From NCBI GenBank assembly GCA_038742305.1, contig JAVYKI010000003.1:181-64180 (forward strand): a stretch of DNA of 64,000 nt, written 5' to 3'. Made by a program: the position numbers and the translations under genes. This DNA comes from Candidatus Aenigmatarchaeota archaeon. GTDB taxonomy: Archaea; Aenigmatarchaeota; Aenigmatarchaeia; CG10238-14; SpSt-28. Of this stretch, positions 18,129-30,030 are shown in pieces; the first letter of the stretch is position 1; each line of letters begins with the position of its first letter. Below the pieces are notes generated by a model. That model ran no database searches. It was not told where the DNA came from and saw only the letters and a program-made list of their open reading frames with translations.

Positions 18129-19829
18129 TTATATATTTTTTAGTTCAGTTTTATAAATTACAACTCCATCACAAATAGAATAGCCAAAACCTCTTCTAGC
18201 AAGCTCTTCTAATTGAGAAATACAATTTTCTATTGGAACACCATTTTCATAAACTTTTTTAAAGTTTTCATTAATTAGTTTTACCCAATTTAAATCGTAC
18301 ATTTCTGCATATTTTCTGTTTAAAGGGTCTATACTAAATTTTTCTATAAAGAAATAATCTACTTTTGCAGCTTTTGCTAATTCATAAATAAAAGTTGCAT
18401 TATCGCTTAATCTTAAATCTTGTGGACCACCAACTTTTCTTTCACAATTATAAGCAACTCTATATCCCCATAAACTTAATAAAGTAGAATTTTTTGGCAA
18501 ATTATTTTTTACCCAATCGCATGCTTCAAAAAATAAAGGACTATAAGTTTTCAAACTTTTCATTATTTCAAGTTTTGGTTTAAAAGAATATTCTAGTAGT
18601 ACCAAAAACAAAATTATAGAAAAGCCAATAAAAATAGAAAAAACTAAATTTTCTTTTTTAATTAATTTTTCTAGAAATTCGAAAAACTTTGAAATTGATA
18701 AAGAAATAATTAATGCTACGAAAGGAGAATATTGTAAAGTGTATCTTGCAAAATCTTCAGCTCTATAAAGAATTCCAGTTGTTAAAACTTTTCCTTGAAT
18801 AGATTGAATAAATATAGTTAAAAATAGTGGTAAAAACAAAATTATTATTTCATATCTTTTTTCTAATACTAAAACTAAAAAACCGAAAAAGAGGAAAAAA
18901 AGTAGAAAATCTAGAATGTTATTACCCCAATATGCAAATCTTAAATAATTTAAAATTCCAAAACTTAAAACATCTTGCTCTGTTCCAACTTTTTCTGTTC
19001 TTCCTGCAAATTCATATTTTGGAGTATAATTACTTATTACACATTTATTTTCTTTAAAAACAGAATTTATAATACTATCTAAAGTTTCTACTCCGAAACC
19101 TATGCAAGGAGAATTAAATAGTTTTACATTTCTAAAAATTAAACTTCCAAAAAGGATTATTGCTGGAAGAGAGAAAATTAATAAATATTTTAATAAAATT
19201 TTTGGCTGCTTAAAGAATTTCAAGAATAATATTATAAAAACTGAAAAGTAAAGCAAATAAGGAAGCAACGGCTTTGTTAATAAAGATAACGCAGCTAATA
19301 TTGATGAAACTAAAAAATATTTTTCGCTTCTTTTTTTAATAAATAAAAGCAAAAATAAAAAGGAATTCGAAAAGAAAAGGGTAAAAAGCATATCAACATA
19401 AAGAGTTGTAGAATAAATTACTACAGATTGAAATGTTAAAAATAGGATAGCACTTAATAAACCAACTTTTTCATTTATTATTTTTGATAAAAGAACATAG
19501 AGAGAAAAAGCAACTAAAATTGGCAATACAGCAATTAAAATTTTAATTGCTGTTTCCCCAAACAAATAAAAAAATGAAAAGAGAAAATGAAGAACGGAAA
19601 TGTAAGTATAGGAAGAATATGATAAATTATCTCCGAAAATTTCTGAAAGATAATGTGGTAATTCTAATTTTTTTGAGATAAACCTTATTATACTTCCATG
19701 AAATCCTTCATCTCCAAAAACTATGCTTTTTAAAGTTGCAGTCAAGTTGAAGTAAGCTATAATAAGAATTAAAATCAACAACAAAACAACTTCTACAGTT
19801 TTCCTATTAATTTTAATCTCAACCTCCAT
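18129..19829 (-). CDS. GT-C fold membrane glycosyltransferase (PMT/ArnT-like)
   Basis: FGDEGFH in the first loop, LYVDML, LSLLTK, RY motif, many TM helices, WVKNNLPKN extracellular domain. Confidence 0.85.
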   Translation of the reverse strand: MEVEIKINRKTVEVVLLLILILIIAYFNLTATLKSIVFGDEGFHGSIIRFISKKLELPHYLSEIFGDNLSYSSYTYISVLHFLFSFFYLFGETAIKILIAVLPILVAFSLYVLLSKIINEKVGLLSAILFLTFQSVVIYSTTLYVDMLFTLFFSNSFLFLLLFIKKRSEKYFLVSSILAALSLLTKPLLPYLLYFSVFIILFLKFFKQPKILLKYLLIFSLPAIILFGSLIFRNVKLFNSPCIGFGVETLDSIINSVFKENKCVISNYTPKYEFAGRTEKVGTEQDVLSFGILNYLRFAYWGNNILDFLLFFLFFGFLVLVLEKRYEIIILFLPLFLTIFIQSIQGKVLTTGILYRAEDFARYTLQYSPFVALIISLSISKFFEFLEKLIKKENLVFSIFIGFSIILFLVLLEYSFKPKLEIMKSLKTYSPLFFEACDWVKNNLPKNSTLLSLWGYRVAYNCERKVGGPQDLRLSDNATFIYELAKAAKVDYFFIEKFSIDPLNRKYAEMYDLNWVKLINENFKKVYENGVPIENCISQLEELARRGFGYSICDGVVIYKTELKNI

Positions 19830-19871
19830 AAATAAGCAAAATTTTATTTAAAATACATAAGACAATAATTT

Positions 19872-22800
19872 ATGAGAAATATAGTTAAAACAATTTTGAT
19901 AATCTTTATCATTTCTTCGTTTTTTTCTCTAAATTTCTCTATTTGGTTAGATGGATGGAAATACAGAATAAAAGTTATAATAAAAGAAATTTCTGGAAAT
20001 AATCTTAAAAACTTTCAAATTCCAATAGAAATAAATACACAAATTTTAATAAAAGAAGGTAAAATGAATGAAGACTGCTCGGATATAAGAGTTGCTGACA
20101 GTGACGGCATCTCTTTATTAAGTTATTGGATAGAATACGGTTGTGGAAGCAATAACACTAGAATCTGGATAAAAGTACCTTTAATTAATGCTAATTCTGA
20201 AAAAATAATTTTTGTATATTACGGGAACAAGGAAGCAGAAAGCATAAGCAACGGATACGATGTTTTTGAATTTTTTGAAGACGGAGAGGATAATGTAACT
20301 GAGAGATGGGAAGTTATAGATGGAAGCATGGAAAAAGTTTTTGATCCTGATTTCAACTCGACCGTAATTAGAATAAAAGGTCCTGGTACTCAAATTGTAA
20401 GTAAAAAATTCATAAGTGATTGGGGAGGTCCATATGAAGTTAAGCTAAGAGTAAAATGGGAAACTTTTGGAATTTATGGACCACGTTTGTGGTTTTTACT
20501 TACTAATGTTACAAAAAAAGGAGAAATACCTAGAGGTATTTGGGGTTCTTTCGATAGTATTCTTGCTATAACTGTAGAAAGAGGAGGTGGTACAAATTTA
20601 AATTGGTTAGTAGGTAATGGTTTTAAAGAGGTTAACAACAATTTAAATTGGGAAATTAAGAAAATTTATAATTATACCATCAAAAGAGATTTTAATATAT
20701 TAGAATGGAAAAGAGATAACATCACTTTTTTGTTAACTAACGGAAAATTACAGGTTATAAACAATAACGTGCATATTAGGATACATACTTGGGATGTAAA
20801 TAATGATGTTAGAATAGCAAATATACAAGTAAGAAAATTTATATATCCAGAACCAATGATTACTCTTTCTAGAGAGGAGATAGTTAACGAAACCGAGACG
20901 ACATTCGGTCTTTCTGAAAATTTATTATTAGATAGGTTAAACACATCTATAATTCTTTTTACTTCTAACAGAACTTTAATTCTTAAAGATGAAAAAGGCG
21001 AATATAAGAAGTTTTTACAACAAGTTAATATAAAGTTTGAGGAGAAATCTTTAGACAGTTTATATAATATAATAGACAAACTTCCTGTACTTTTTGGTTA
21101 CATAATTTGTAATAAAAGTACACTGACTGATATTTATTACGCCTATTTGATTTCAACAAAACTGGATTTATTTTTTTTGTTTTATAGTAAGAATTCTTTT
21201 AATAATTTTTCTTATTACGAAAAAATTATACCCTTAGGATGTAAAGAAGATATAATCAAGTATTATATTGACTTACACAAAGATAGAGAGAAAAAAATAG
21301 ATAAGATAGTAATATCCAATTTAAATTCTTTCGAAACTTCCTTATTAGCAGCTAGGTTCGCAGCTTTATATAACGGATTTCCAATATTTATAAACAAAAC
21401 AGATGATATAAAAGAAAAAATTAGAGAAACTTATTATTGGCTTAGAAATTTGAATGTTATAGAAGATTTTCCAGAAATAGTTATCGTTGGTAATTGGGAT
21501 GAAATTCCATTTTATGAAATAGTTCTAGATTCAGTTTTAGGAATTAAAACATATTCTGATATTCCTTATTCAGACTTAAATAACGATAATTATCCAGATT
21601 TTCCAATTTATAGGTTATGTTGTAATCCTACAGAAATAAGCATTCAAATAGAAGCAGGCAGATTATTCAAAAATAACGGAAAAGCAACAATAGTTTCTAA
21701 TTATAATTCAAAATATTTGTTTAATGGAGACGCGTTTTATTCAAAGGATTTAAAAAATGTTTTATCGAAAAAATTTGAAGTTGAAAGATATATCCAACAT
21801 TTTGCAAAAAATGAAACTGAAAATATTTTTAATTTTATAAAAATTAGTTCAGAAAACTTTTTTAAAATAAAAAATTTAATAAAATCAGATAATCCTTTAG
21901 TATTATTAACTATTATAAAATTGCTTTTTAAAAGTTTGGATGAATATGCAAAGTTTAAAGAATATGATTGGCAAATTTTTACTGGAAAATTAAGCCCAAA
22001 ACTTAACAGCTCAATTATTGAAATATTAAAAAATACAACATTCCTTTTTAGTTTTCATTTAATAAACAATTCAAAAATAGTTCTTTTTGAAGATGAAAAT
22101 AAAAGCTTTGAAATAGATTATCCATTTATACCCTTTATTTTCTTTATTTCTCATCCATCAATTTATACTTTATTTTTTGATAATTCACTTATCTTTCAAT
22201 CTAATTTACCAACTTTTTCTTCTGTAAGAAATACAATTCAAGTTTTAGGTTCTCCAAGATTTGCTATTCAAATGTTCTCTTTAAACAATTCTTTAGCTGA
22301 AAACTTTAGAGAAGTTTTTATAAGAAACTTAGAAAACAAGTATGGAATAGACAAAAGAACCCTTTATTCTTTAGTTTTTATAGGCTTTAATTTGGGAGAA
22401 AATCAATTAGAAATTCATAACTCAACTTTAATATTAGAAAATCCTTGCAATATTTCTACTATTGAAAATATTACTTTAATATTTTGCGATGCTGATGATT
22501 ATTTAATTTCAGAAAATTATAGTTTACCAATAATTTATAAAAAAGTTTATTTGCCAAAGTTTTATTCTTTAAATAATATTTCTTTCGAAATTAAAACAAA
22601 AATTGTAGATTATTATTTTGAAGTTAATGAAACCTTTCCAAAAGAGTTTTTTGAAATAAAAGAAATTAAAAACATTAACGATTATAGCGAGCTATATTTT
22701 ACTATTTATCCTTTAAGAATTTATCCAAATAAATCTGTAGAAGTTCTAGAATATTTAAAAATAAATTATTTGACTAAACCAAAAATTGAAATAGAAAATT

Positions 22801-23381
22801 TAGAATATGATAAAATTTCTAAAACTTTAAAAATTCAAATATTTTCTGATATGCCAAGAAATTTAACTTTAGAAATATTTCCAATTAACTTTTCTCAAAC
22901 AATTTTTGTTAACGGAACTAGAGAATTTAACTTAGCAATAGATTTCGAAGGAACATTAAAAATAAAATTAAAATACTTTGATTTTGAAATTGAAAGAACT
23001 ATTGAAACTCAAGAATTACCAGAAACTAGAATTTTAAAAATTTCTGATGCAATAGAATACATAGTAAAAAATTATAAAAGAGAAGAAAGAAGAGTAAAAA
23101 GTAGCGAAGAATATTTTTACGAATTAAAAACTTATTCTTTTGTTTATAAACATGAAATTAAAAGCTTATCTGAAAAGTTCTTATTAATAACTCCAGAATA
23201 TGAATATCAAGTTTTCCAAAATTCAAATTTAATAGTAGAAAAGCTTAGGAATGCTTATGGAACTTTGACAATAGAAATAGAAAATGGAAATGAAAAAATA
23301 AATATTCAAGGAAAAGAAAAAATTAAAGAATATTTAAATCCTGCAAGAGAATTATTGCAGAAACTTGTTAAATATGGCTAA
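19872..23381 (+). CDS. Large secreted protein: DUF2341 domain plus peptidase C25 (gingipain)-like domain
   Basis: Signal peptide; WKYR..DCSDIRV..YWIE..IWIKVP..YYGN; IVIVGNWDEIPF..SDIPYSDLNNDNYPDFPIYRL. Confidence 0.75.
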   Translation: MRNIVKTILIIFIISSFFSLNFSIWLDGWKYRIKVIIKEISGNNLKNFQIPIEINTQILIKEGKMNEDCSDIRVADSDGISLLSYWIEYGCGSNNTRIWIKVPLINANSEKIIFVYYGNKEAESISNGYDVFEFFEDGEDNVTERWEVIDGSMEKVFDPDFNSTVIRIKGPGTQIVSKKFISDWGGPYEVKLRVKWETFGIYGPRLWFLLTNVTKKGEIPRGIWGSFDSILAITVERGGGTNLNWLVGNGFKEVNNNLNWEIKKIYNYTIKRDFNILEWKRDNITFLLTNGKLQVINNNVHIRIHTWDVNNDVRIANIQVRKFIYPEPMITLSREEIVNETETTFGLSENLLLDRLNTSIILFTSNRTLILKDEKGEYKKFLQQVNIKFEEKSLDSLYNIIDKLPVLFGYIICNKSTLTDIYYAYLISTKLDLFFLFYSKNSFNNFSYYEKIIPLGCKEDIIKYYIDLHKDREKKIDKIVISNLNSFETSLLAARFAALYNGFPIFINKTDDIKEKIRETYYWLRNLNVIEDFPEIVIVGNWDEIPFYEIVLDSVLGIKTYSDIPYSDLNNDNYPDFPIYRLCCNPTEISIQIEAGRLFKNNGKATIVSNYNSKYLFNGDAFYSKDLKNVLSKKFEVERYIQHFAKNETENIFNFIKISSENFFKIKNLIKSDNPLVLLTIIKLLFKSLDEYAKFKEYDWQIFTGKLSPKLNSSIIEILKNTTFLFSFHLINNSKIVLFEDENKSFEIDYPFIPFIFFISHPSIYTLFFDNSLIFQSNLPTFSSVRNTIQVLGSPRFAIQMFSLNNSLAENFREVFIRNLENKYGIDKRTLYSLVFIGFNLGENQLEIHNSTLILENPCNISTIENITLIFCDADDYLISENYSLPIIYKKVYLPKFYSLNNISFEIKTKIVDYYFEVNETFPKEFFEIKEIKNINDYSELYFTIYPLRIYPNKSVEVLEYLKINYLTKPKIEIENLEYDKISKTLKIQIFSDMPRNLTLEIFPINFSQTIFVNGTREFNLAIDFEGTLKIKLKYFDFEIERTIETQELPETRILKISDAIEYIVKNYKREERRVKSSEEYFYELKTYSFVYKHEIKSLSEKFLLITPEYEYQVFQNSNLIVEKLRNAYGTLTIEIENGNEKINIQGKEKIKEYLNPARELLQKLVKYG

Positions 23382-23607
23382 GAAAAAAACTTATTTTTCA
23401 GTTAATTATTTTGAAAGATTAATTAAAAGTTTAGGAATTAATAGAGTTTCTAGAGAAGCAGCTAAAGCATTATGTTTTCATGTAGAAGATAAAGTTAAAG
23501 AAATATTAGAAGAAGCTTCAAAAATTGCAAAAATTGCAAAAAGGAATACAATTTTAAGGGAAGATGTTAAAATTGCAATAAAGAAGATAAAACTTTATAT
23601 TAGGTAA
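23374..23607 (+). CDS. Archaeal histone
   Basis: FERLIKSLGINRVSREAAKAL..AKIAKRNTILREDVKIA histone fold. Confidence 0.9.
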   Translation: MAKKKTYFSVNYFERLIKSLGINRVSREAAKALCFHVEDKVKEILEEASKIAKIAKRNTILREDVKIAIKKIKLYIR

Positions 23608-23698
23608 ATATAATATAATTATTAGGAATGGGAAGAAAAAAGAAAAGTTAATCCCAGCTTAAAGAAAGGTTAATTTTTCTTTTTTCTTTTTATTTTTT

Positions 23699-24655
23699 AT
23701 GAAGGTAGAAAGAATAGTTGAAACAATTTGTAATAAGTTTAAAGTTCCTAAAGAAAAAGTTATTGAAGAAATAAAGCAAAAAATAGAAGAATTTAGCGGA
23801 ATTATTAGTGAAGAAGGAGCAGCAGTATTGGTTGCTAGAGAATATGGAATAGATGTAAGAGAGATAATGGAATTTCAAAAAGTTGAAGATTTAGTTGGAA
23901 ATATGAGAGGGGTAAATGTAAAACTTAAAATTATTAAAATAACTAATACAAAGGAGTTTGATAGAAGAGATGGAAGTAAAGGAAGAATAAGGATAATTTT
24001 TGCTGGAGATAAAACAGGAATTGCAAGAATAGTTCTTTGGGATGAACAAACTCAAATAGTAGAAGAGCTTGGATTAAAAGAAGGAAACAGTATAAAGCTT
24101 TTGAATGTAAGAACTAGAGAAAATATTTTTGGAGAAATAGACTTGCTTTTATCTAAAACTTCTGTTATCGAATTAGCTGATGATAAAGATTTGCCTTCTT
24201 TAGACGAATTAAAGCTCCTCTTTTCAAAATTTGGATATGAAAAAAGCGAAATATGCAAATTATCTATTGGAAATTATGAAATAGAAGGAATAGCTACTAA
24301 TGCCTATAAAGCTAGATTTTTTGAAGTTTGTCCTATTTGCAAAGCAAAAGTTAGAAAAGTTGATGATAAATATTTTTGCGATGTTCATCATGAAATTGAA
24401 CCACAAAAAGCTCTGGTTATTTCTTTTGAAATAGACGATTTTACTGGTACAATTAGGGCAGTTGCTTTTAGGGAAGAAGCAGAAAAAATAGCCAAAACTT
24501 CTGAGCTATTAAGTTTAAGCGAAGAAGAAAGAAAAAGATTTTTAAAAGAAAAGTTATTGGGCAAAGTTTTAAGAATCAGAGGAAGAGTTAAATTTAATAA
24601 GATTTTAAACAGAAACGAAATAATAGTTAAAGAATTAGAAATTGTTTTAAATTAA
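23699..24655 (+). CDS. rpa: Replication protein A (OB folds plus Zn finger)
   Basis: [46 protein letters not shown]. Confidence 0.9.
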   Translation: MKVERIVETICNKFKVPKEKVIEEIKQKIEEFSGIISEEGAAVLVAREYGIDVREIMEFQKVEDLVGNMRGVNVKLKIIKITNTKEFDRRDGSKGRIRIIFAGDKTGIARIVLWDEQTQIVEELGLKEGNSIKLLNVRTRENIFGEIDLLLSKTSVIELADDKDLPSLDELKLLFSKFGYEKSEICKLSIGNYEIEGIATNAYKARFFEVCPICKAKVRKVDDKYFCDVHHEIEPQKALVISFEIDDFTGTIRAVAFREEAEKIAKTSELLSLSEEERKRFLKEKLLGKVLRIRGRVKFNKILNRNEIIVKELEIVLN

Positions 24656-24656
24656 T

Positions 24657-27110
24657 ATGGAGGAAAAAAAGATAAGCTTAGAAGATATAGAAGGCATAGG
24701 CCCAAAAACTCTTAAAAAATTAAAAGACGCTGGAATAACTGATGTAAATATTTTGGCTTCTATAAATCCTAATGAATTAGCTGCTATAGCAGAAATAAGT
24801 GAAGATCAAGCAAAAAAAATTATAAATGCCGCTAGAGAAGCATTAGGGCTAATTTCTTTTGAAACTGCAGATAAAGTTCTTGAAAGAAGGTTAAAAATGA
24901 AAAAAATTACAACAGGTTCAAAAAAATTAGATGAATTGCTTGGAGGAGGAATACCTACTCAGGCAATAACAGAAGCTTTTGGAGCTTTTGGAAGCGGCAA
25001 ATGTGTAAGCAAAGATACCGAAGTAATTTATTTTAACGACGAAAAAATGCATTTCGGAAAAATAGGGGAAGTTTATGAAAAATACAAAAAAATTTATGGG
25101 GAAAAAAGGTTTGATAATGGCTTTATAGTTAAACTTAATAATGTAAAAGTTCTTGGAATAACAGAAAGAGGAATAGAAAAAGTTCAAGCTTCATATATTT
25201 ATAAAGAGTTTGTTCCTGAAATTTTAGAAATTATAACTAAAAGAGGAAGAATAATTAAAATTACAGAGCAGCATAAGTTATTATCTGTAGAAGAAAATGG
25301 AATTGTTTGGAAACAATCCAGTCTATTAAAAAATAAAGATATAATTGCTGTACCTAAGGAACTTATCGAAAATAATACTAGCATTTTATCCGAAGAAGAT
25401 GCCTACTTTTTAGGACTTTTTGTAGCTGAAGGAACTTCAAATCCATTATCTATTACAATTTCAGATAAAAAAATTAAAGATAAAATTGTTGAATATATTG
25501 AAAAGAAGTTTGGTTATAAACCAAGAATTAGAATAGATAAAAGAAGGAAAAAGGAAAAGTATATTATTCTTTTAAAGAAAAAAACAAAAGAATTTTTAGG
25601 CAAATTAGCTTTAGCTAATGCATCCTCTAAATTTGTTCCAGAGGAAATTTTTAATTCTCCAAAAAAAGTTTTAATATCATTTTTGAAGGGATATTTTGAG
25701 GGAGATGCATACTTTAAAAGAAATTATTTAGAAATAGTTACTAAAAGCAAAGTTTTAGCTTCGCAAATTTCTTATTTGTTAAAAATTATAGGTATAGAAT
25801 GTATTTTGAAAAAGAAAAAATACAAAGGAAAAGAATATTATAGAATTTTTGTTAGAGGAAAAGATAGAGAAAAATTAAAAGAAATAATAGGTAAAGAGTA
25901 TAAATGCAGAAACTCTTACTATGGATATTCAGGTCCAATAATAAATCTATTAAGAAAAATTTATAAAGAAACTATTGGTTCAAAAAGAGGAAATTTAGCA
26001 AAAATAATAGGTAAGAAAAGTTTAAATAACTATGCTTATAAAGTTTTAACTAAAAGTTCTAGAGTTAAAAATATTTCATTAAATACTTTTGAAAAAATAG
26101 TTGAAATTTTTGTTTTTGGTAAGAAAATATTGGAAAAGGCTTTAGAACTAACTAATAATTTTGAGGAAAATTTTGAAAAATTATATAAATTATTACCATT
26201 TCCCTTTTTATCTCTTTCAAAAAAGTTAGGTATTAAAAAATCAACTTTAAGAAATTATATTTACAGAAAAATTCCGAAAGAAAAACTAGAAACTATAAAA
26301 AACGAAATAAAAAATGAATTGAAAATAAGGTTAGAAAAACTAGAAAAAGCTATAGATTATCTTAAAATAATTTACTTTTTTGAGTGGGATGAAATAGTTG
26401 AAATCAGAAAAATAAAATATAATGACTTTGTTTATGATTTTGTTGTTCCTAAATATCATAATTTTATTGGAGGAATAATGCCAACAATATTTCACAACAC
26501 CCAACTAGCTTTTCAGCTTTCTGTTAATGTTCAATTGCCAGAAGATCAAGGTGGTTTAGAAAGAGCTTGCTTGTTTATAGATAGTGAAGGAACTTTTAGC
26601 CCAGAAAGGATTAAGCAAATAGCTGAAGCAAGAGGATTGGACCCAAAAAAAGTTTTATCAAACATTCATTATGCAAGAGCTTATAGTAGTGAGCATCAAA
26701 TTCTTTTAGTTGAAAAAGCAGCAGATATAATTCAGCAAAAAAATATAGGATTAATCATTATAGATTCTATAACTTCTCATTTTAGAGCAGATTATTCTGG
26801 AAGAGGCGAGCTTGCCGAAAGGCAGCAAAAATTAAACAAACATTTACATCAATTGCAAAGGTTAGCAGATGCATTTAATTTAGCAGTTTATATAACTAAT
26901 CAAGTAATGGCTAGGCCAGATATAATTTTTGGAGACCCTACTCAGCCAGTAGGAGGGCATGTATTGGCTCACATTTCATTTTACAGAATTTATCTAAGAA
27001 AATCAAAACAAAACTTAAGAATAGCAAAATTAATAGATGCTCCAAATTTGCCAGAAGGAGAAGTTGTTTTTCAAATTACTGAAAAAGGAATAGAAGATTA
27101 TAACGAATGA
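24657..27110 (+). CDS. radA: DNA repair and recombination protein RadA, intein-containing
   Basis: HhH N-terminus, GAFGSGK|intein|[26 protein letters not shown]. Confidence 0.97.
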   Translation: MEEKKISLEDIEGIGPKTLKKLKDAGITDVNILASINPNELAAIAEISEDQAKKIINAAREALGLISFETADKVLERRLKMKKITTGSKKLDELLGGGIPTQAITEAFGAFGSGKCVSKDTEVIYFNDEKMHFGKIGEVYEKYKKIYGEKRFDNGFIVKLNNVKVLGITERGIEKVQASYIYKEFVPEILEIITKRGRIIKITEQHKLLSVEENGIVWKQSSLLKNKDIIAVPKELIENNTSILSEEDAYFLGLFVAEGTSNPLSITISDKKIKDKIVEYIEKKFGYKPRIRIDKRRKKEKYIILLKKKTKEFLGKLALANASSKFVPEEIFNSPKKVLISFLKGYFEGDAYFKRNYLEIVTKSKVLASQISYLLKIIGIECILKKKKYKGKEYYRIFVRGKDREKLKEIIGKEYKCRNSYYGYSGPIINLLRKIYKETIGSKRGNLAKIIGKKSLNNYAYKVLTKSSRVKNISLNTFEKIVEIFVFGKKILEKALELTNNFEENFEKLYKLLPFPFLSLSKKLGIKKSTLRNYIYRKIPKEKLETIKNEIKNELKIRLEKLEKAIDYLKIIYFFEWDEIVEIRKIKYNDFVYDFVVPKYHNFIGGIMPTIFHNTQLAFQLSVNVQLPEDQGGLERACLFIDSEGTFSPERIKQIAEARGLDPKKVLSNIHYARAYSSEHQILLVEKAADIIQQKNIGLIIIDSITSHFRADYSGRGELAERQQKLNKHLHQLQRLADAFNLAVYITNQVMARPDIIFGDPTQPVGGHVLAHISFYRIYLRKSKQNLRIAKLIDAPNLPEGEVVFQITEKGIEDYNE
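25002..26498 (+). mobile_element. Intein (499 aa) with LAGLIDADG homing endonuclease in the RadA Walker A motif
   Basis: Starts at C (CVSKDT), ends HN before T; TEQH block [10 protein letters not shown] and FLKGYFEGD motifs; VYDFVVP. Confidence 0.96.
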
Positions 27111-27691
27111 TAATTGCTAGAGGGGCAGAAGCAATTATCGAGCTTATAGAAAACTATATAATAAAAAGAAGAATTGAAAAGGGTTATAGAGTAAAAGAAT
27201 TAGATGAAAAAATAAGGAGAGAAAGGACTAAACTAGAAGCAAAAATAATGAATGAAGCAAGAAGGCTTGGAATAAATGTTCCTCAAATTTTTGAAGTCGG
27301 AGATTTTTTTATAAAAATGGAATATATAGATGGAATTCAACTAAAAAATGTTATTAATTTAGATTTAATAAAAGAAGTTGGAAAAATTATTGCTAAATTG
27401 CATAAAAATAATATTATTCATGGCGACTTAACAACTTCAAACTTTATAGTTAAAGAAAACAAAATTTATTTAATAGATTTTGGATTATCAAAATTTTCTA
27501 CGAAAATAGAGGATAAGGCAGAAGATTTACTTGTTTTATACTATGTTCTTAAATCTGTTCATAACGAAAAATTTGAAAATTTTTGGAAAGAGTTTGAGAA
27601 AAGTTATTTAGAAGAGTATGAAGAAGGAAAAAAGGTTATTGAAAGAATGTATGAAATACTAAAAAGAGGCAGATATATTTTAAGAATATAA
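27107..27691 (+). CDS. bud32: KEOPS complex kinase Bud32
   Basis: [28 protein letters not shown] end. Confidence 0.95.
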   Translation: MIIARGAEAIIELIENYIIKRRIEKGYRVKELDEKIRRERTKLEAKIMNEARRLGINVPQIFEVGDFFIKMEYIDGIQLKNVINLDLIKEVGKIIAKLHKNNIIHGDLTTSNFIVKENKIYLIDFGLSKFSTKIEDKAEDLLVLYYVLKSVHNEKFENFWKEFEKSYLEEYEEGKKVIERMYEILKRGRYILRI

Positions 27692-27693
27692 TT

Positions 27694-27921
27694 ATGGAAT
27701 TAAAAGAACTAATTTCGAAAATTAAAGGAAAAAACAGATTAGAATTTTTGGAAAACATAAGCATTTTATTTATTTTTTTAGGAGCTATTCTTATTTCTTT
27801 GGCCCTTTTTCTAAATGCTTTTGGGATAAAATATTTTGATGCTATTTTAGCAATGAGCGGAAGTCTTATAATATTTATTTTTTTGTTTTTATTAATCATA
27901 GTTATATTTATTAAGGAATGA
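27694..27921 (+). CDS. Small two-TM membrane protein
   Basis: Two hydrophobic helices; ATGA overlap with rps15. Confidence 0.7.
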   Translation: MELKELISKIKGKNRLEFLENISILFIFLGAILISLALFLNAFGIKYFDAILAMSGSLIIFIFLFLLIIVIFIKE

Positions 27922-28319
27922 AAAAGCTAAAGTATAGGAAAGAAGAAGTAGAGAAATTGGTAGTTGAACTTGCAAAAAAAGGATATTCTCAATCGATGAT
28001 AGGCTTAATACTTAGAGATTCTTACGGAATTCCAAGCGTAAAGAAAATTACTGGCAAAAAAATTTCTCAAATTTTGGAAGAAAACAAATTGTTACCAGAA
28101 ATTCCTGAAGATTTGTTAAACCTTTTAAAAAGGGCTGTAAAGTTAAGGAAGCATTTATCTATTCATAAAAAAGATAAACATTCAGCAAGAGGCCTTACAT
28201 TAATAGAATCAAAAATAAAAGCCCTAGCTAAGTACTATATTAGAGAAGGTAAATTGCCAAAAGATTGGAAATACGATCCAGAGCAAGCAAAATTAATTGT
28301 TCAAAAGTATGGCTACTAA
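27918..28319 (+). CDS. rps15: 30S ribosomal protein S15/S13e
   Basis: [36 protein letters not shown]. Confidence 0.96.
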   Translation: MKKLKYRKEEVEKLVVELAKKGYSQSMIGLILRDSYGIPSVKKITGKKISQILEENKLLPEIPEDLLNLLKRAVKLRKHLSIHKKDKHSARGLTLIESKIKALAKYYIREGKLPKDWKYDPEQAKLIVQKYGY

Positions 28320-28866
28320 AAACTTAATTAAAGTTATTCTAACTGCAAGCGAAGAATTTGATAACAAAGAAATTACTACAACTTTTTGTACAGATACATC
28401 TTATTTAATAAACAGAAGATTTTTTGTAAATTTAGCAGAATTAATTAAAACAGATAAATATCAATATAAAATTTACTTTAGAATTGTTAGCATTGAAAAC
28501 GGAATAGCAAAAACAATTGTAGATAAAATAGAAAGTTTAAGAGAATATATAACTAGAGCAGTTTATGTTGGAGTAGATAAATTAGATTTATTTTCAAATG
28601 TTACTCTTAAAGACGGAAGCATGTTTAGATTAAAGTATGTTGCAACTTTTAGAAAAGGTATAACTTCTAAAAAAGAAAAAGCAATAAGAAAAATTTTTGA
28701 AGAAAAAACAAAGGAAATAGCAAGTAAAATGGACTTAAAAACTTTTCTGAAAAATTTTGTAATAACAGATAAGGCAAATGAAGAATTAAAAAAAGAAATA
28801 AAGAAAATTGCAGTTCCAATATTTTTTGGAATAAATAAAATTGAAAGAATTAAAAGTAAGGCTTAA
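28309..28866 (+). CDS. rps3ae: 30S ribosomal protein S3Ae (divergent)
   Basis: [31 protein letters not shown]; position after rps15. Confidence 0.8.
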   Translation: MATKNLIKVILTASEEFDNKEITTTFCTDTSYLINRRFFVNLAELIKTDKYQYKIYFRIVSIENGIAKTIVDKIESLREYITRAVYVGVDKLDLFSNVTLKDGSMFRLKYVATFRKGITSKKEKAIRKIFEEKTKEIASKMDLKTFLKNFVITDKANEELKKEIKKIAVPIFFGINKIERIKSKA

Positions 28867-30001
28867 AAATAAGAATTAGTATTAAAATTATTCCAAATAA
28901 ACTTATTAAATTTGAAATTTTTGAATGATGATTTGGGAAAAATATTTTTAAGAGTTCGTCTATCATTAATCCTCCATCAAGAGGTTTTATTGGAAGCAAA
29001 TTGAAAACTCCAATTCCGATGCTTAAAATTATTAGCCAAACAAAAAAGGAATTAAAAACAAAATTGCAATAAATACTATTTCCTAGAAAGCATAAAGAGA
29101 AATTTTTAGAATAATCAAACAAATCTTTTATAAAGGTATTGTTTAAGAATGAATTCTCCGAAAAGTAAATTTCTCTCTTAATAATTATTCCAATTTTTCT
29201 ATTTTCAAGCTTAATAGTATAGTTTCCTTCTGTTGTAGTTATATTTATATAATCGCTTTCATTTTTAGTTTTAAGAACTTCAACTAGATTTTTTATTGTA
29301 GCTTCTCTATTATCAACAAAAAGTATAATACCTTTTAAATTACTTTTTTCTGCACTAGAGTTTGGAATAATTTCAACTTCCAATCCATAAGGCTTGTAAA
29401 AATTGGAAAGTAAAATAAAAATAAGATAAATTAAAAGGAAAACAAATATTGCAGTCAAAAAATTTCCGAAAGAACCAGCAGCATAGACTTTTAATTTATC
29501 TAAACTTTTAGCTTTTTTAAGTTGCTTTTCATTTGGTTCTACAAAAAAAGCGGGAAGAATTAAAAAGAAAGCATAACCAATGCTTTTTATTTTTATTCTG
29601 TTTGCTGCAGCTAATAATCCATGCATTATTTCATGAGAAAAGGCTATAATGAAAATAGAAAGTATCCAATAAATCGGAGGAACGCATAAAATAAAGTTTG
29701 ATTGACATAATCCTGGTAAGCTTGGTAAAACTATTTGGACAGCAGGTACTTCTGTTTTTACGAATAAAAGCGAGAAAAGGAAGTAAAAAGAATAAAACAT
29801 TACAATAAAGCCGATAATTACGGCAAAAATTCCAACTAAATTTAAAATTTTTGAATGTTTTTTAGAAAATTTTTCAATTTTTTCTATTAGTAGATAGCTT
29901 CTTCTCAGAAAAATTATACCTTCTCTCTTTATATTTTTCCTATCAAGAAAAAGAAAAATAGCTATTAGTCCTAATATTACTAAGCTAATTAAATATTCCA
30001 T
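28850..30001 (-). CDS. Site-2 protease (M50) with PDZ-like insert
   Basis: HEIMH, AFFVEP, AAGSFGN, NLLPIKPLDGG. Confidence 0.93.
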   Translation of the reverse strand: MEYLISLVILGLIAIFLFLDRKNIKREGIIFLRRSYLLIEKIEKFSKKHSKILNLVGIFAVIIGFIVMFYSFYFLFSLLFVKTEVPAVQIVLPSLPGLCQSNFILCVPPIYWILSIFIIAFSHEIMHGLLAAANRIKIKSIGYAFFLILPAFFVEPNEKQLKKAKSLDKLKVYAAGSFGNFLTAIFVFLLIYLIFILLSNFYKPYGLEVEIIPNSSAEKSNLKGIILFVDNREATIKNLVEVLKTKNESDYINITTTEGNYTIKLENRKIGIIIKREIYFSENSFLNNTFIKDLFDYSKNFSLCFLGNSIYCNFVFNSFFVWLIILSIGIGVFNLLPIKPLDGGLMIDELLKIFFPNHHSKISNLISLFGIILILILIFKPYF

Positions 30002-30030
30002 ATAATATTAAAGTATTTTCCTTAAATAAT

